From an uncultured Nitrososphaerota archaeon (GTDB lineage Archaea > Thermoproteota > Nitrososphaeria > Nitrososphaerales > CADDZS01): 64,000 bases of DNA. Below the pieces are notes generated by a model. That model saw only the letters and a program-made list of their open reading frames with translations, was not told the origin of the DNA and did no database searches. The stretch spans positions 1,344,001-1,408,000 of the forward strand of contig CAWCYI010000006.1 in the NCBI GenBank assembly GCA_963799845.1. The letters are read 5' to 3'. Made by a program: the position numbers and the translations under genes. Position 1 is the stretch's first letter. Every line of letters starts with the position of its first letter. This document shows, one piece after another, positions 52,289 through 62,326 of the stretch.

Positions 52289-52492
52289 TAATAGCACAAA
52301 AAATTGAGACGTCTGTTACAAGAAATATTTACTTCGAAGATAGAATACGGTTTCTATATCTCAATATAGACTCCATATAAAAAGAATCATCAGTAGTTGG
52401 CCAACTTCTCGCTGGCCTGGTAAGAACTTCGAAAAGTTCACCTAAAGCTCGAAGTTCCTTGGCCTATGATTCAGCTTTTTGATTAATTGTCA

Positions 52493-52972
52493 TCAGTCCA
52501 AGTGTTTTGATAATGAACCATCTTTTTTCAGCTTGCTGCGGAGCACAGCGTTTGATGTCATTCCCCTCGCCGACAAATTGGACATTCGATAACTTACGAG
52601 GATAGCCCTACTTCGAATTCTCTTGTAAAATTCAACATCCCTAGTCAACAGAACCTTCTCCTTCTTTGTGCTTCCCCACTGATCCAAGCTACAAGTTAAC
52701 AACTGTCTCTCTATTTCATCATCACTCACACCATCGCCCAAAATCGCCGGCACCCATATGGCATTAACACTGTTTCTTCTCAAATCATTTGCAAGCTTGG
52801 GTGGTAAGCAAGCATCTACGACTGCATCCCTGTCGCCGATTTTCTTAATCAAGGATAGAATTTCAGCGTCAGGATCGTGATAAGATTGTGCGAGGGAGTA
52901 GGTAAAATCGCGTCTTTTCCAGTTAACGCCGGTTGCATCTATTGTTGCCCTAAGATTATTTCGCCAACTCAT
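52493..52972 (-). CDS. PIN-like protein (Mut7-C/DUF5615)
   Basis: VVDACL...SDDEI...LLTRD.EF. Confidence 0.7.
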   Translation of the reverse strand: MSWRNNLRATIDATGVNWKRRDFTYSLAQSYHDPDAEILSLIKKIGDRDAVVDACLPPKLANDLRRNSVNAIWVPAILGDGVSDDEIERQLLTCSLDQWGSTKKEKVLLTRDVEFYKRIRSRAILVSYRMSNLSARGMTSNAVLRSKLKKDGSLSKHLD

Positions 52973-53100
52973 GCGGAATATCCTTTGTTATCCGGGGATC
53001 GAATAACGATTTCCTCATTCTAAATAGTTAATGTAATTAGAATAAAGTGGCCAAAATAGATATCCGAGTATCTACCCGGTTTAGAGCAGAACCGTTCAAG

Positions 53101-53886
53101 CTACCTCGACGGAATGGAGATTCCGTCCGTTTTCGCACTACGTACGAACGATCTGAGCATCCCATCTCGTGATATCTTAAGGTTGACAATCACCCCTTCA
53201 AGCTCTTCGGACAAACCTCTCTCGTCTACAAAATGCTCCGTAATGTCAATGTCTCTTATAGCGCCGAGAAGTGTCTGCCATTCTTCCATCTGTCTAATCA
53301 GCTTGTCATCGTTCTTTGAAGGAAGAATTTCCAGGGTGTACCGAAGTATCTTGCATTGCTTTCTTATGTCATGCAGTTCGTCAATTTTTCGAAAATCTTT
53401 GAGAATTAAGGGAAGTCCTTCTTGCAATTTCGCTTGAATCTTATCGACGATTTTTTTTCTACGCTTTGTAATTGCCTTTGACGAGAGTTCTTCTCCGTTA
53501 ATCTTCGGAGTTTTGATCTTTGCAAGATTTTCAGCATATAATGAGCAGCGGAGGAGCATGTGGTACCTTTCATTCTCAATTTTTGCGAGCGCGCGTTGGA
53601 CGTTCGGGTCGTTTTCGTATTTCAAGAGGTTGGAACCAATTATGTCATTGTCCCTGACTGGCGTCGTTGATTTGAACAGCTTGCTGCAAGCGGACAGATA
53701 TTTTCTGATTTTTCGTTTTTGTCGAACCTGCTTTGGTAGCAGATCGAACGCGGCTTCTACCCTTCTAATAGAAGTCCTGACGTCGTGAACGTTGTCTGAG
53801 CTTTGGTCTTTGCTAAACGAAGCTACTCGTGAATCGAGTTCAGCCATAGCTTTGGCGCATTTTTTGCAGAATCTTGTGACTTTCAT
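53101..53886 (-). CDS. CHAD-domain polyphosphate-binding protein
   Basis: VHDVRTSIRR, RD.D, LHDIRK..K.LRY.LE and LG.IRD.D. Confidence 0.92.
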   Translation of the reverse strand: MKVTRFCKKCAKAMAELDSRVASFSKDQSSDNVHDVRTSIRRVEAAFDLLPKQVRQKRKIRKYLSACSKLFKSTTPVRDNDIIGSNLLKYENDPNVQRALAKIENERYHMLLRCSLYAENLAKIKTPKINGEELSSKAITKRRKKIVDKIQAKLQEGLPLILKDFRKIDELHDIRKQCKILRYTLEILPSKNDDKLIRQMEEWQTLLGAIRDIDITEHFVDERGLSEELEGVIVNLKISRDGMLRSFVRSAKTDGISIPSR

Positions 53887-54122
53887 AACTCGACACCGCA
53901 GAGTACCTTCATTATCTTCTTTCAGTTTTAGACTTTCCTTCGATCCTCGCTCAGATTTACACTAGTTCCTGAGTTGATTGGGAAGCTTCCCTTTCTTACC
54001 TCTTGTCAAACCAAAGAATCTCCAAGGCAATGGCGCATTTCAACATTCCTATTTATTATAATTAGACCTATATTGAATATCTAGGTATGGCGTTTAAGGG
54101 ATTAATGCATCGGTATTAGAGT

Positions 54123-54305
54123 ATGAAAAGCAAGAAATCGGATAAACTTGCCTCCCAGCTTGAGAATCGCAAGAGAAATTTGGCTGTAATTGAAGAAACT
54201 ATTCGATCCGATCCGCAGTCGGGCGAGAGTCTGGCTCCCGTAAAGGAGTTTTTGTCTCACAGGATTGAATCCATTGAGCTCGAGCTGAAGATTACAAAGA
54301 ATTAA
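54123..54305 (+). CDS. Small coiled-coil hypothetical protein
   Basis: 60-aa ORF with upstream TTTAAG box. Confidence 0.45.
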   Translation: MKSKKSDKLASQLENRKRNLAVIEETIRSDPQSGESLAPVKEFLSHRIESIELELKITKN

Positions 54306-54986
54306 GGTATTTGTCTATACTTTCCTGAAGTGATATATTCAATTCGCCGATCGGCTTGTTTCCGTCGATCCGTATCATTCCGTACTGTTTTGCCATGTGC
54401 GAGAATTCTCTCGCCATTCTCTCCTGATATGCGATGAAAGAGTCGTAAAGATCGTCGGATAGCCCGATGTCTGCCCCGGACTCGTAATAATCAAGGACGC
54501 CATATTTCTGAAAAACCCGGTGGAACAGTTCGTCGGGTTGCACGTCCAGGTAAAAGACGAGATCTGCTTTCGGCGCGAAGCCGTACAGGTCATGCGACCA
54601 TCTGCTACTAATCCCCCGCACTATGCTTCTCGCGATCAACGTGTAGATGTACCGATCCGCAAGCACCACATATCCGGCCTGCAAAGCTGGTATTATTTTG
54701 TGCTCCAGCTGTTCAACAAAATCCGCCGCATAGAAAAGTGTCAAAGTCTTCTTGCCGAGCGGGAGCTTCTGTTTGGCTTCCAAAATTCCCTGCCCGATCA
54801 ACTCTGAACGCTTCAGCCCTGTGTTTATCACCGCGTGGCCGTCCGATTCGAGCTTTGAAGTTATCGACTGGATTTGAGTACTCCGCCCGAGCCGTCAGGG
54901 CCTTCTATGACTATCAATCTGCCCTTAATTACGACGTCTTTGAGATACGGGATCCCCTCGCCATAATACTCCACCGGTCTCGGCAT
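54292..54986 (-). CDS. Thymidylate-kinase-like protein 2 (putative PPK3-type subunit), frameshift ~54886
   Basis: MPRPVEYYGEG...IVIEGPDGSG(R)STQ after adding one C, followed by ADRYIYT and YYESG.D. Confidence 0.85.
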
Positions 54987-54997
54987 AGACTGGTGAG

Positions 54998-55744
54998 CTA
55001 GCATTTTTGGCTCGCCTCAACGGACGGAATAGATGCTGTCGTCGCAGTTTGGCCTTTGATCTGATTCACGAGCTGCTGAGGAAGCGTTTCCAATACTTTT
55101 TGCCTGACGATTATCTGCTGCTCTTCAATGTCTCGGGTCGCGTCGATTACTGTAAAATCTTCATGCTCGACCATAGATTCGTATTGGTCGATGATCCTAC
55201 TTTGGAAAATTCTGTAGCTGTCAAAAGGGTCGTTGCTCAGGTTCAGGTCCATGCCGGCCTCGTAGTACTTTAGTTTGGAGCGTCCAACGAGGATCCTGTT
55301 TATCGCAATGTCAATGGGAACCTGGAAGTAAAATGTGACATCAGGCTTTGAGGCAAAGCTGTAGACCTTCCGAACCCAGGTAGGGCTGCACCCTCGCACG
55401 ACGTCCCTTGCGAAAGCAGTGTAAGCATACCTATCCGCAAGTACGATGTACCCAGCGCGGAGGAGGGGAGCGATGTTTCTTTCGTATCTATCAGCAAAAT
55501 CCGTGGCATGCAACAAGCTGAACGTCGTCGGAGTCAGAAGCGCCTTCTTCTTTCCCTTGGAAGTAATTTCCTTTACGACATCGGACGAATTCCATTCGGT
55601 CGTGAAAACTAAAAGCCCCTTGCTCCGGAGCCATTTATCAAGAAGATGGAGTTGAGTAGATTTACCTGAACCGTCTATCCCTTCGACTACTATCAGAAAG
55701 CCCTTACTTTTCGGATCACCCGTCGTATGATTTCTCGTTCTCAA
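54998..55744 (-). CDS. Thymidylate-kinase-like protein 1 (putative PPK3-type subunit)
   Basis: VEGIDGSGKSTQ, EWNSS, ADRY.YT and YYEAGMD. Confidence 0.9.
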   Translation of the reverse strand: MRTRNHTTGDPKSKGFLIVVEGIDGSGKSTQLHLLDKWLRSKGLLVFTTEWNSSDVVKEITSKGKKKALLTPTTFSLLHATDFADRYERNIAPLLRAGYIVLADRYAYTAFARDVVRGCSPTWVRKVYSFASKPDVTFYFQVPIDIAINRILVGRSKLKYYEAGMDLNLSNDPFDSYRIFQSRIIDQYESMVEHEDFTVIDATRDIEEQQIIVRQKVLETLPQQLVNQIKGQTATTASIPSVEASQKC

Positions 55745-57281
55745 GATTTTCTATTTCTGCTCCGGTTTGGACTTCCTCTGGAATTGATTTTTTGGCGCTC
55801 TTTACCTTGTACTCGACAAATCTGTCGAGCTCGTTCCCAAGTTCGCTTATCGAATCTCCTAATATCTTTTGGGGAAATCTCTCTTCGGGGGTTTGCGAGA
55901 CAATCTTGAGGCTGATTCTAGAGCCCCTTTCAGGGAACGACAGCTGGATTTTCGAGTCTGACCTGACAATTATTTCGAGAAAGCGCGAAATGGCCGCGAA
56001 CCGCTCGATTATTTTTTCGCTATCTTGCTTGAGAATGGATCGGTACCTGACGTAAAACCAGTTGGCGCTTCTCGCCTTACGCAGCTCTATCACGGCCAGC
56101 GAGCCAAGAAGTTGGTCTCTGTGCTGCAATGATGAATCCTCATCCATCATCAAAGAGAAAACGGATTCAGGTCTTAGTGAGGAAGCTTCTCCCATTAGCC
56201 ACTTTAATGAAAATCGAATGATGCCGGCCTCCCTTGATTCTATTAGGTCAAACTCCTCCAGTTTATTGAGAAATCTTCCAATGACCAGCTCATACTCGCT
56301 CTCTTTCTGGGATTTGATTTTTTTCGGAGGAACTCTTCCAACATTCCCCTTGTGATACCCCAATGGATCTTCGAGAAACGATGACAAAATTCCGTCTCGC
56401 AGCCCATGGGTGCTGACGACAACCCTTCGAAAGCCAAGTTTCTTCATTACTGAATCGACTACAAGCGAACCTGCAGTGAGAGTCTCGGCGCGATCTCTTC
56501 CTATGACATCTATTTCGGCTATCTCTCTTGTCGAAAGTTTTGAAAGCTCTTTGCACAATGCCTCGACTGATTCTCGTTTGATTGAATAGTTGTGGATCTT
56601 GTTGAAAGGATAATTTTTGAGTTTCTGATCCCATCTCGCCAGCGCTCTAAGGCTCCCACCGACTCCGGCGAGCACAGTTTCGTCCTTCAGAACCAGCTCC
56701 TCTCTAGTAGGGAGAAGATCAAGAATGCTCTTCTGCATTCGCACGTAAGACTTTTCCTTGAATAGTCCGTCCTTGTCAGAATATAGCTGAGTCAGTCGGA
56801 GTCCCCCCAAAGGCAACGACAGGATATTGCGAACCTTCTGGCCATCGCAATAGACGAATTCTAGACTTCCGCCACCGATGTCAAAAAATAGCATGTTCGA
56901 TGTTCCAAGGGCTCTTGCAGCTCCCGAATAAGAGTACAGCGCCTCTTCTCTTCCGGAAAGTACCCTGAATTTGAGCCCGGTTTCGTCAAATACCTGTTTC
57001 AGGAACATTTCCTTGTTACCAGCCTCCCTTACGGCGCTCGTTGCGACCGGCAGGGAATGGCGGACTCCGTAGAGGCCGTTGATCTCTTTGAAAAATTTCA
57101 GGCCCTCGATTGCTCGTCTGATCGGCTCGGTTCCCAGAAAACCGGTCTGGCTCAAACCCTCCCCGAGTCTTGCCGGCACAGACTCCTGATCGTAAGCTAC
57201 AAACGAAGAATTGTCATCCTTTACATTATAGCTAATTAGCTTCAGCGAGTTGAACCCTAGGTCTATTACTGATACCTTCAT
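55716..57281 (-). CDS. ppx: Exopolyphosphatase Ppx/GppA
   Basis: IDLGFNS, ATSAVREA, LSG.EEA, DIGGGSLE and GLRDG. Confidence 0.93.
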   Translation of the reverse strand: MKVSVIDLGFNSLKLISYNVKDDNSSFVAYDQESVPARLGEGLSQTGFLGTEPIRRAIEGLKFFKEINGLYGVRHSLPVATSAVREAGNKEMFLKQVFDETGLKFRVLSGREEALYSYSGAARALGTSNMLFFDIGGGSLEFVYCDGQKVRNILSLPLGGLRLTQLYSDKDGLFKEKSYVRMQKSILDLLPTREELVLKDETVLAGVGGSLRALARWDQKLKNYPFNKIHNYSIKRESVEALCKELSKLSTREIAEIDVIGRDRAETLTAGSLVVDSVMKKLGFRRVVVSTHGLRDGILSSFLEDPLGYHKGNVGRVPPKKIKSQKESEYELVIGRFLNKLEEFDLIESREAGIIRFSLKWLMGEASSLRPESVFSLMMDEDSSLQHRDQLLGSLAVIELRKARSANWFYVRYRSILKQDSEKIIERFAAISRFLEIIVRSDSKIQLSFPERGSRISLKIVSQTPEERFPQKILGDSISELGNELDRFVEYKVKSAKKSIPEEVQTGAEIENLENEKSYDG

Positions 57282-57323
57282 TCCCTGTGAAACCCCGTAT
57301 ACTTTACAGATTCGTCCCCGAGA

Positions 57324-57824
57324 CTAGTCATTCATCTTTTTCAAGTGCTTTGGCGTGAGAAGCCACCGTAGCTCACCGCTTGCTTTTGGCGCGAAAGAGA
57401 GGATCTGGACCTTGGCAATTCCTCCCTTCTTGAGTAGGATTCGGCTCGAGCTTCCAGAAATGATCTCTCCGATCATCGAGCTTAGGTAGGGTTCATGTCC
57501 TACGAGCAGTACATCGGAATCCTGTTTCAGTCTCGACAACCTCTGCAGGGTTTCCTGCCTACTTCCTTCGGGCCGAAGCTCTTCCCATATCTCCAATTTC
57601 GGAGAGCTTTCTTCGTACACTTTTGCAACGATTTCAGCCGTTTCCTTAGCACGCTTTAGGGGGCTGGTGGCAATTTTATCGAAACCAACACGCAATTTGT
57701 GAAGAGAAATAGCAACCATTTCAATGTCTTCTCGACCGGATTCAGTAAGTGGACGCTCGAGATCTTTGCTCGGCATGGTTGTGTGGCTGCCAGCTTCACC
57801 ATGCCGAAGAACGAAAATATTCAC
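57324..57824 (-). CDS. sixA: Phosphohistidine phosphatase SixA
   Basis: LRHGEA, D.ERPLT..G, TSPLKRA.ETA, VGHEP and LKKGG. Start set at GTG 57824. Confidence 0.92.
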   Translation of the reverse strand: MNIFVLRHGEAGSHTTMPSKDLERPLTESGREDIEMVAISLHKLRVGFDKIATSPLKRAKETAEIVAKVYEESSPKLEIWEELRPEGSRQETLQRLSRLKQDSDVLLVGHEPYLSSMIGEIISGSSSRILLKKGGIAKVQILSFAPKASGELRWLLTPKHLKKMND

Positions 57825-58067
57825 GCCGGCCAACACGGGAGCAAACGTGTCTATAAGAAGATCGGTGACAAATTCTCCAAAAGAATGAAAAGAAATTTGG
57901 ATTAGGGCAATTGCGAGTGGTTGCGTATTGAAAATATATCTCACTATTGAGTCAAATATAGGATTGAAGTGTTTCGACAGTTCCTGCGGTGACCATGTAA
58001 TTATGCCATTTATTTTCAATAGGTAGAGTTTATTCGCAACGAAAAGCCCTCGATTTCCCGAAGAATA

Positions 58068-58472
58068 TTGGCTGAGACAAGTCTCGGAATACTAGCTATG
58101 CCAGAACGTGAACTGTCGAAATCAAGGGAAATCACTCAGAAACTTGCTGACGTCGAAATACTCTACATTCTGGCTTCCAAACCAAAGAGCTTGACGGAGT
58201 TGACTGCCCGGCTGAAAAAGACTTTCGGGCTCGAAACGACCTCGGCCGTTGTGAAGGAAAATCTCCTAGACCTAAGATTGCGAAAGTTTGTAAGGTCTTT
58301 CTCAAATCATCCTGTCGCGAATCAGTCAGTTGCTGACAATTTTCATCATGAATCATTTTCAATTACTCCGCTAGGTTTGAGCACTCTGAGCGAGTGGATT
58401 GAATCGCTCTCGGAGGTCACCCTAACGATGCAACTCGGCTTAGATCAAAGAGTTACCGTTGCCGAAGAGTAA
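58068..58472 (+). CDS. PadR-like winged-helix protein
   Basis: ILYILA..P...L...FSITPLG...L. Divergent from the polyP operon. Confidence 0.65.
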   Translation: MAETSLGILAMPERELSKSREITQKLADVEILYILASKPKSLTELTARLKKTFGLETTSAVVKENLLDLRLRKFVRSFSNHPVANQSVADNFHHESFSITPLGLSTLSEWIESLSEVTLTMQLGLDQRVTVAEE

Positions 58473-58564
58473 TAACGATTCCCAAAGCCGTCAGGACTGG
58501 ACCCGTCGTTCGCAATAAGCCCTTTTCACAATTCAGTCTAGAGAATTTCAATCGAAACGCACGA

Positions 58565-58858
58565 CTAGACAACGTTCCTTATCTGAGAATTGCGCAGCGC
58601 AAGCTCCGATATGTAATCCAATACCTCGATGACCTTGGACAATGGGAGGGTACCATCGCTTCTTATTTCCTGTTCAATCTCACCCAAATATTCCGAGTGA
58701 CCAGGAAAACTCGATTTTGATATTCTGAGCAAATTCTCAAGTTCTGCAATTACGAGACGATCCGAAACATGCTTACCGTTATAGTTGATCGCGTGTGACA
58801 GCGGGCCTATCCTGCTCTGAATTGATTGCGAAAGTAGTAAGATTTTGTTAGGCTCCAA
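58565..58858 (-). CDS. Hypothetical protein
   Basis: 97-aa helical ORF. Confidence 0.5.
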   Translation of the reverse strand: MEPNKILLLSQSIQSRIGPLSHAINYNGKHVSDRLVIAELENLLRISKSSFPGHSEYLGEIEQEIRSDGTLPLSKVIEVLDYISELALRNSQIRNVV

Positions 58859-59092
58859 CTGCGTCTAAGCTTGGAGTTAGGCGGTTCCACTATTTTAATT
58901 AGAAGTGAGTATCGGAACGAAGCATATCGGGCAGCTAAATAGCTGATTTATCTTCTAGTGGATTCAAGATCAGTACTGCGTCTTCACGCGGATAGTTGTA
59001 GTGTCTATCCCTGTTGTGCGTTGGGGACTTGCTTTTGCGAGTCCCCATCAAGATTTCCAAGTGAACGCAAATAAAAAGAGAAATTGGTAACA

Positions 59093-59245
59093 ATGACAGA
59101 GTACAACCCGGCATTTTGCAAGACGTGTCAAAACAAGAATCGATCGGCACCAAACTTGGCGAGAGTACAATTTAGTGACTGCGACGAACATTATCGTCAA
59201 AGAATGAAGCGACTTGTGCTCATCGGTGGAGTCTATTACGCCTGA
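59093..59245 (+). CDS. Putative 50-aa Zn-binding microprotein
   Basis: Manual translation gives MTEYNPAFCKTCQ...SDCDEHYRQRMKRLVLIGGVYYA* (CxxC...CxxH). Below the ORF-track cutoff. Confidence 0.5.
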   Translation: MTEYNPAFCKTCQNKNRSAPNLARVQFSDCDEHYRQRMKRLVLIGGVYYA

Positions 59246-59354
59246 TCAGGACTCTTCGAATGAAACGGCACTGTTTCATTTAGAATTGTACTTGTTGCCT
59301 GCGCCCTCCCGAAGAACTTTAAATGATTTCAGAATTTTTCTACGATATTGGGAA

Positions 59355-59891
59355 CTACAATAGTCCTTCTTCATCTTCCTCAGTGGGCCGAGACTCGTCT
59401 ACTTTCAGACTGGGGCTCTTTTTTCCGACTGTCTTGGGTGGAGGCTTCCATTCGTGGACAGTGATCCGTCTTTCAGAATCAGTCGCTCTGACGGTGGGTG
59501 AAATCGATTCCGCCTTCGTCTTGATCATTTCGTCGAGTCTCGAGTTTAGATTGTCGAGCTTTGCTTCCAGCCTTCTGATACCAACGTCGATCTTCGTCTC
59601 GTCGAGTCCCGACTTCAACGCATCATAGGTTCGTAAAACGGAGATTGAGAAAAATATCTGCTTTTCCAAGAATTCGAATTCTTCTCCCGCAACAGCTCCG
59701 GAGACATAATCGGAAATGTCTCGAATCAACTTTCCAGCAGTGACACTAATCAACTCAACATCCTGAGGTCGCCATTTTTTTTGGTCAACGCTCAGGTATA
59801 ATTTGCCGTCAGAGACATTCTTGACGAATTCGGAAACGGTCTTCCGTCTGATTTCGATCGGCGAAGCTTGGCTCGCTCCATCAGATTCCAT
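59355..59891 (-). CDS. Hypothetical protein
   Basis: 178-aa ORF with a coiled-coil segment. Confidence 0.6.
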   Translation of the reverse strand: MESDGASQASPIEIRRKTVSEFVKNVSDGKLYLSVDQKKWRPQDVELISVTAGKLIRDISDYVSGAVAGEEFEFLEKQIFFSISVLRTYDALKSGLDETKIDVGIRRLEAKLDNLNSRLDEMIKTKAESISPTVRATDSERRITVHEWKPPPKTVGKKSPSLKVDESRPTEEDEEGLL

Positions 59892-60018
59892 GCTCTAAAT
59901 TCAACCAGGGTTTCTTGGAGTTTAGCAGCATTCCGGTTCAAAGGCTCCAACTACGGCCGAAGCCCAGTCGCCTGACCGATAGAATGTGAAATAAGATAAT
60001 CGGTTATCCGAAGCTGGA

Positions 60019-60339
60019 TCACGTTTCGGCTACGTCTTTTACCTGCTCGACCAATGTCCTTGTCGGAGTGCGGCTGGCTGGTCTCGCCTGCCCCGCTCGA
60101 AACACGAAAAACCCTCCAACGCCAATTGAAACGAACGCCAGTAGTTCCAGATACGTGTTATACGCCAAGAAGGGCAGCAGACCGAATCCGAAAGACCTCA
60201 GAGAGACGGAGGAGAACGCCAATACAAGAGCGGAGACGAGGAACGCTATTCCAGTCGCAAGATTGAAGAAAGATTTCCGGAACGGCGACATCTCAGCAGT
60301 CGACCCACATCGATAATTGAGAAGATATACGTCTTTCAA
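60019..60339 (-). CDS. Small membrane protein
   Basis: Two TM helices. The true start is probably MSPFR. Confidence 0.55.
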   Translation of the reverse strand: MKDVYLLNYRCGSTAEMSPFRKSFFNLATGIAFLVSALVLAFSSVSLRSFGFGLLPFLAYNTYLELLAFVSIGVGGFFVFRAGQARPASRTPTRTLVEQVKDVAET

Positions 60340-60461
60340 GGCAAAAGCAGCGACATCAGCAAGTAGTAATGGTTTACGTCGAATCGCAAGTACTGACTTT
60401 AATTCGGTATTTGCTGTGCAGAACGGAGATAATTCAAATTTGCTGATCTTAGTCCATCATC

Positions 60462-61259
60462 TTGCTCGCTAGTGCTTCCGAGAGTCAAAACCGCTTCCCA
60501 ATTAAACTCGCGAATCCGGGTCCGCTTAGGGAACGATTCTTCGAGTGTCTGATCGAAGGAAGGACCGAGCCTGGGATTTTTCTCCGATTATTAGCCATTT
60601 TCGAGTCTCGCCGGATTAAAGTTTCAAAGTGCAATTTTGAATCAGACCCGCAAAGTGAGACCTTTGGAACTACAATGCTTCTGGAGCTGAAGAATTCCAG
60701 ACAAGATATGGTAGGACTCGTTGAAAAAGTGATGGAAACCAAGGTCGTGACTAGTGTCGAATTTTCTCCATTGGAAGGAAAGCTGTTCAGCAATTTTCAT
60801 TTCCCAATACTTCTCTTCCCCAACAAGCGCGGGATAATTCTACTGGCGGAAGAGTTGATCAACTTTGAAAACGATCTGAATAGCAAACTAGGATCCGGGG
60901 CTAGTCCTGTCATTTTTGAGGAAGGAAGGAGGTATGGTTCTAACCTTGTCAGCCAATTTCCCGACAATAACTTTCGTAAGAAAGAGGGTTTGGAAAATTC
61001 AATCGAAATCCTCAAGGCGACGGGCTGGGGGATAGGCAAATGCGAGACTGACAAAACTGGGATCATCAAATTTTCATTGAGCGATCCATCGATCAACCCT
61101 AGGATAGAAACGAGGAGCAGATTTCTAGTCGGAATGGTTCAAGGAATTCTCGAAAAGATATCTTGCCAGAACATGCGGGTCATTGAAGAGCGTTTTGATG
61201 CCCAGAAAAACTCCCTGAATTTTACGTTTGCCAAATCTGGCTCGAATCATGTACCTTAA
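60462..61259 (+). CDS. ACT + V4R-domain protein
   Basis: TEPGIF.., EEGRRYG, LKATGWG and FLVGMVQGIL. Paralog of 27837-29117. Confidence 0.78.
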   Translation: MLASASESQNRFPIKLANPGPLRERFFECLIEGRTEPGIFLRLLAIFESRRIKVSKCNFESDPQSETFGTTMLLELKNSRQDMVGLVEKVMETKVVTSVEFSPLEGKLFSNFHFPILLFPNKRGIILLAEELINFENDLNSKLGSGASPVIFEEGRRYGSNLVSQFPDNNFRKKEGLENSIEILKATGWGIGKCETDKTGIIKFSLSDPSINPRIETRSRFLVGMVQGILEKISCQNMRVIEERFDAQKNSLNFTFAKSGSNHVP

Positions 61260-61485
61260 GTTCGATAAGAATAATTCTCCTGTTTCAGGGAATTATCGAC
61301 GCCGGTTGGAATTAGTTCTTTGACCGATTTACAGTTCTGAAAACTCAGGGTTAAGCTAAATACATTGGGAGATCATCTCATGGTCTAATCCTAGTTCCCA
61401 AGCTTTCCTTTGTCCGACGAAACTCTGGAGGCTTTTGACTGGATTCTCAAAGTGACCAGATATATTCTCTGAAGACCTCGGCGAG

Positions 61486-61752
61486 ATGAGTGATTCTGAC
61501 ATCATAATCAGAATGCTCTGGTTCTGTGAAGAGCCAAAACTCCCCGCCCAAATAATGAATTACTGTCATATCGACGGAATACAATTCAGGCGATTTACCG
61601 GTCATTCAATCAAGAGGGGACTAATGAGGGCGGTCGCTTCGGAGCTGGGGTTGTTTGCGATGGAAACCACCGATCGCGGAAGGGAAGTTCTTGAGACTGC
61701 AGATAAAATAATGTCGGCTCTCGGGCTTGAACCCGACGAGCCCCTGAAGTAG
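61486..61752 (+). CDS. HTH_45-like winged-helix protein
   Basis: DIIIRML...AQIMNYCHI...RGLM...TTDRGREVL. Confidence 0.7.
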   Translation: MSDSDIIIRMLWFCEEPKLPAQIMNYCHIDGIQFRRFTGHSIKRGLMRAVASELGLFAMETTDRGREVLETADKIMSALGLEPDEPLK

Positions 61753-61772
61753 ATTTCGAGTATTTTATGAAT

Positions 61773-61982
61773 CTACGGCTCGATGCCGTGGGCGTTACGG
61801 AGATGCGAGAGGTAAATCCATTCTTCGACCGGGAGGGCGTTGCCCTTCTCGATTTCTTTCTGGACAAAATTGCAAAGTGGGCAACTGTTCTTGTTTAACC
61901 TTACTTCCCTTCCGAACCTGTGTTCATGGCTAAGACTTGAATCTTCGAAATTCTGTGCTGATTCATTGGGCGAATTGTGCAT
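61773..61982 (-). CDS. Small CxxC-x22-H-x4-H zinc-finger protein
   Basis: SCPLCNFVQ...EWIYLSHLRNAH, paralog of 27551-27718. Confidence 0.7.
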   Translation of the reverse strand: MHNSPNESAQNFEDSSLSHEHRFGREVRLNKNSCPLCNFVQKEIEKGNALPVEEWIYLSHLRNAHGIEP

Positions 61983-62326
61983 GAAAAATTAAAAGCTAGA
62001 TCTAAGGTATTAAGAAAGTTTGCCGAATTAGCAAAACAGATTTTTTATCCATAATTGGATAAATTTGATTCGATAAACCGAGTACCTTGATCATGATACA
62101 CTTAGTTTGAGGAATAACGATTTTGTATTTCTCGCGGCCATGAAAAAGATTTGATTTTTTCGAGACGTTTGCAAAAACAGGGATCTGTTTTATGTCGTAG
62201 GAAAAGTGTGGAAAAATTCTTGGATTTAGAATTCAGAAAGCTATGGCGGATAAATTCCCGTTTGATTTGATTTAGCTTCGAAAAGAATACATTTTATCTT
62301 CGGTTCGAGGTGATCATTTCTGAGAA

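Noticed and set aside
57825-58019. N-terminal extension of SixA
   Set aside because: SixA starts just before the RHG motif. The extension covers the AT-rich divergent promoter region.
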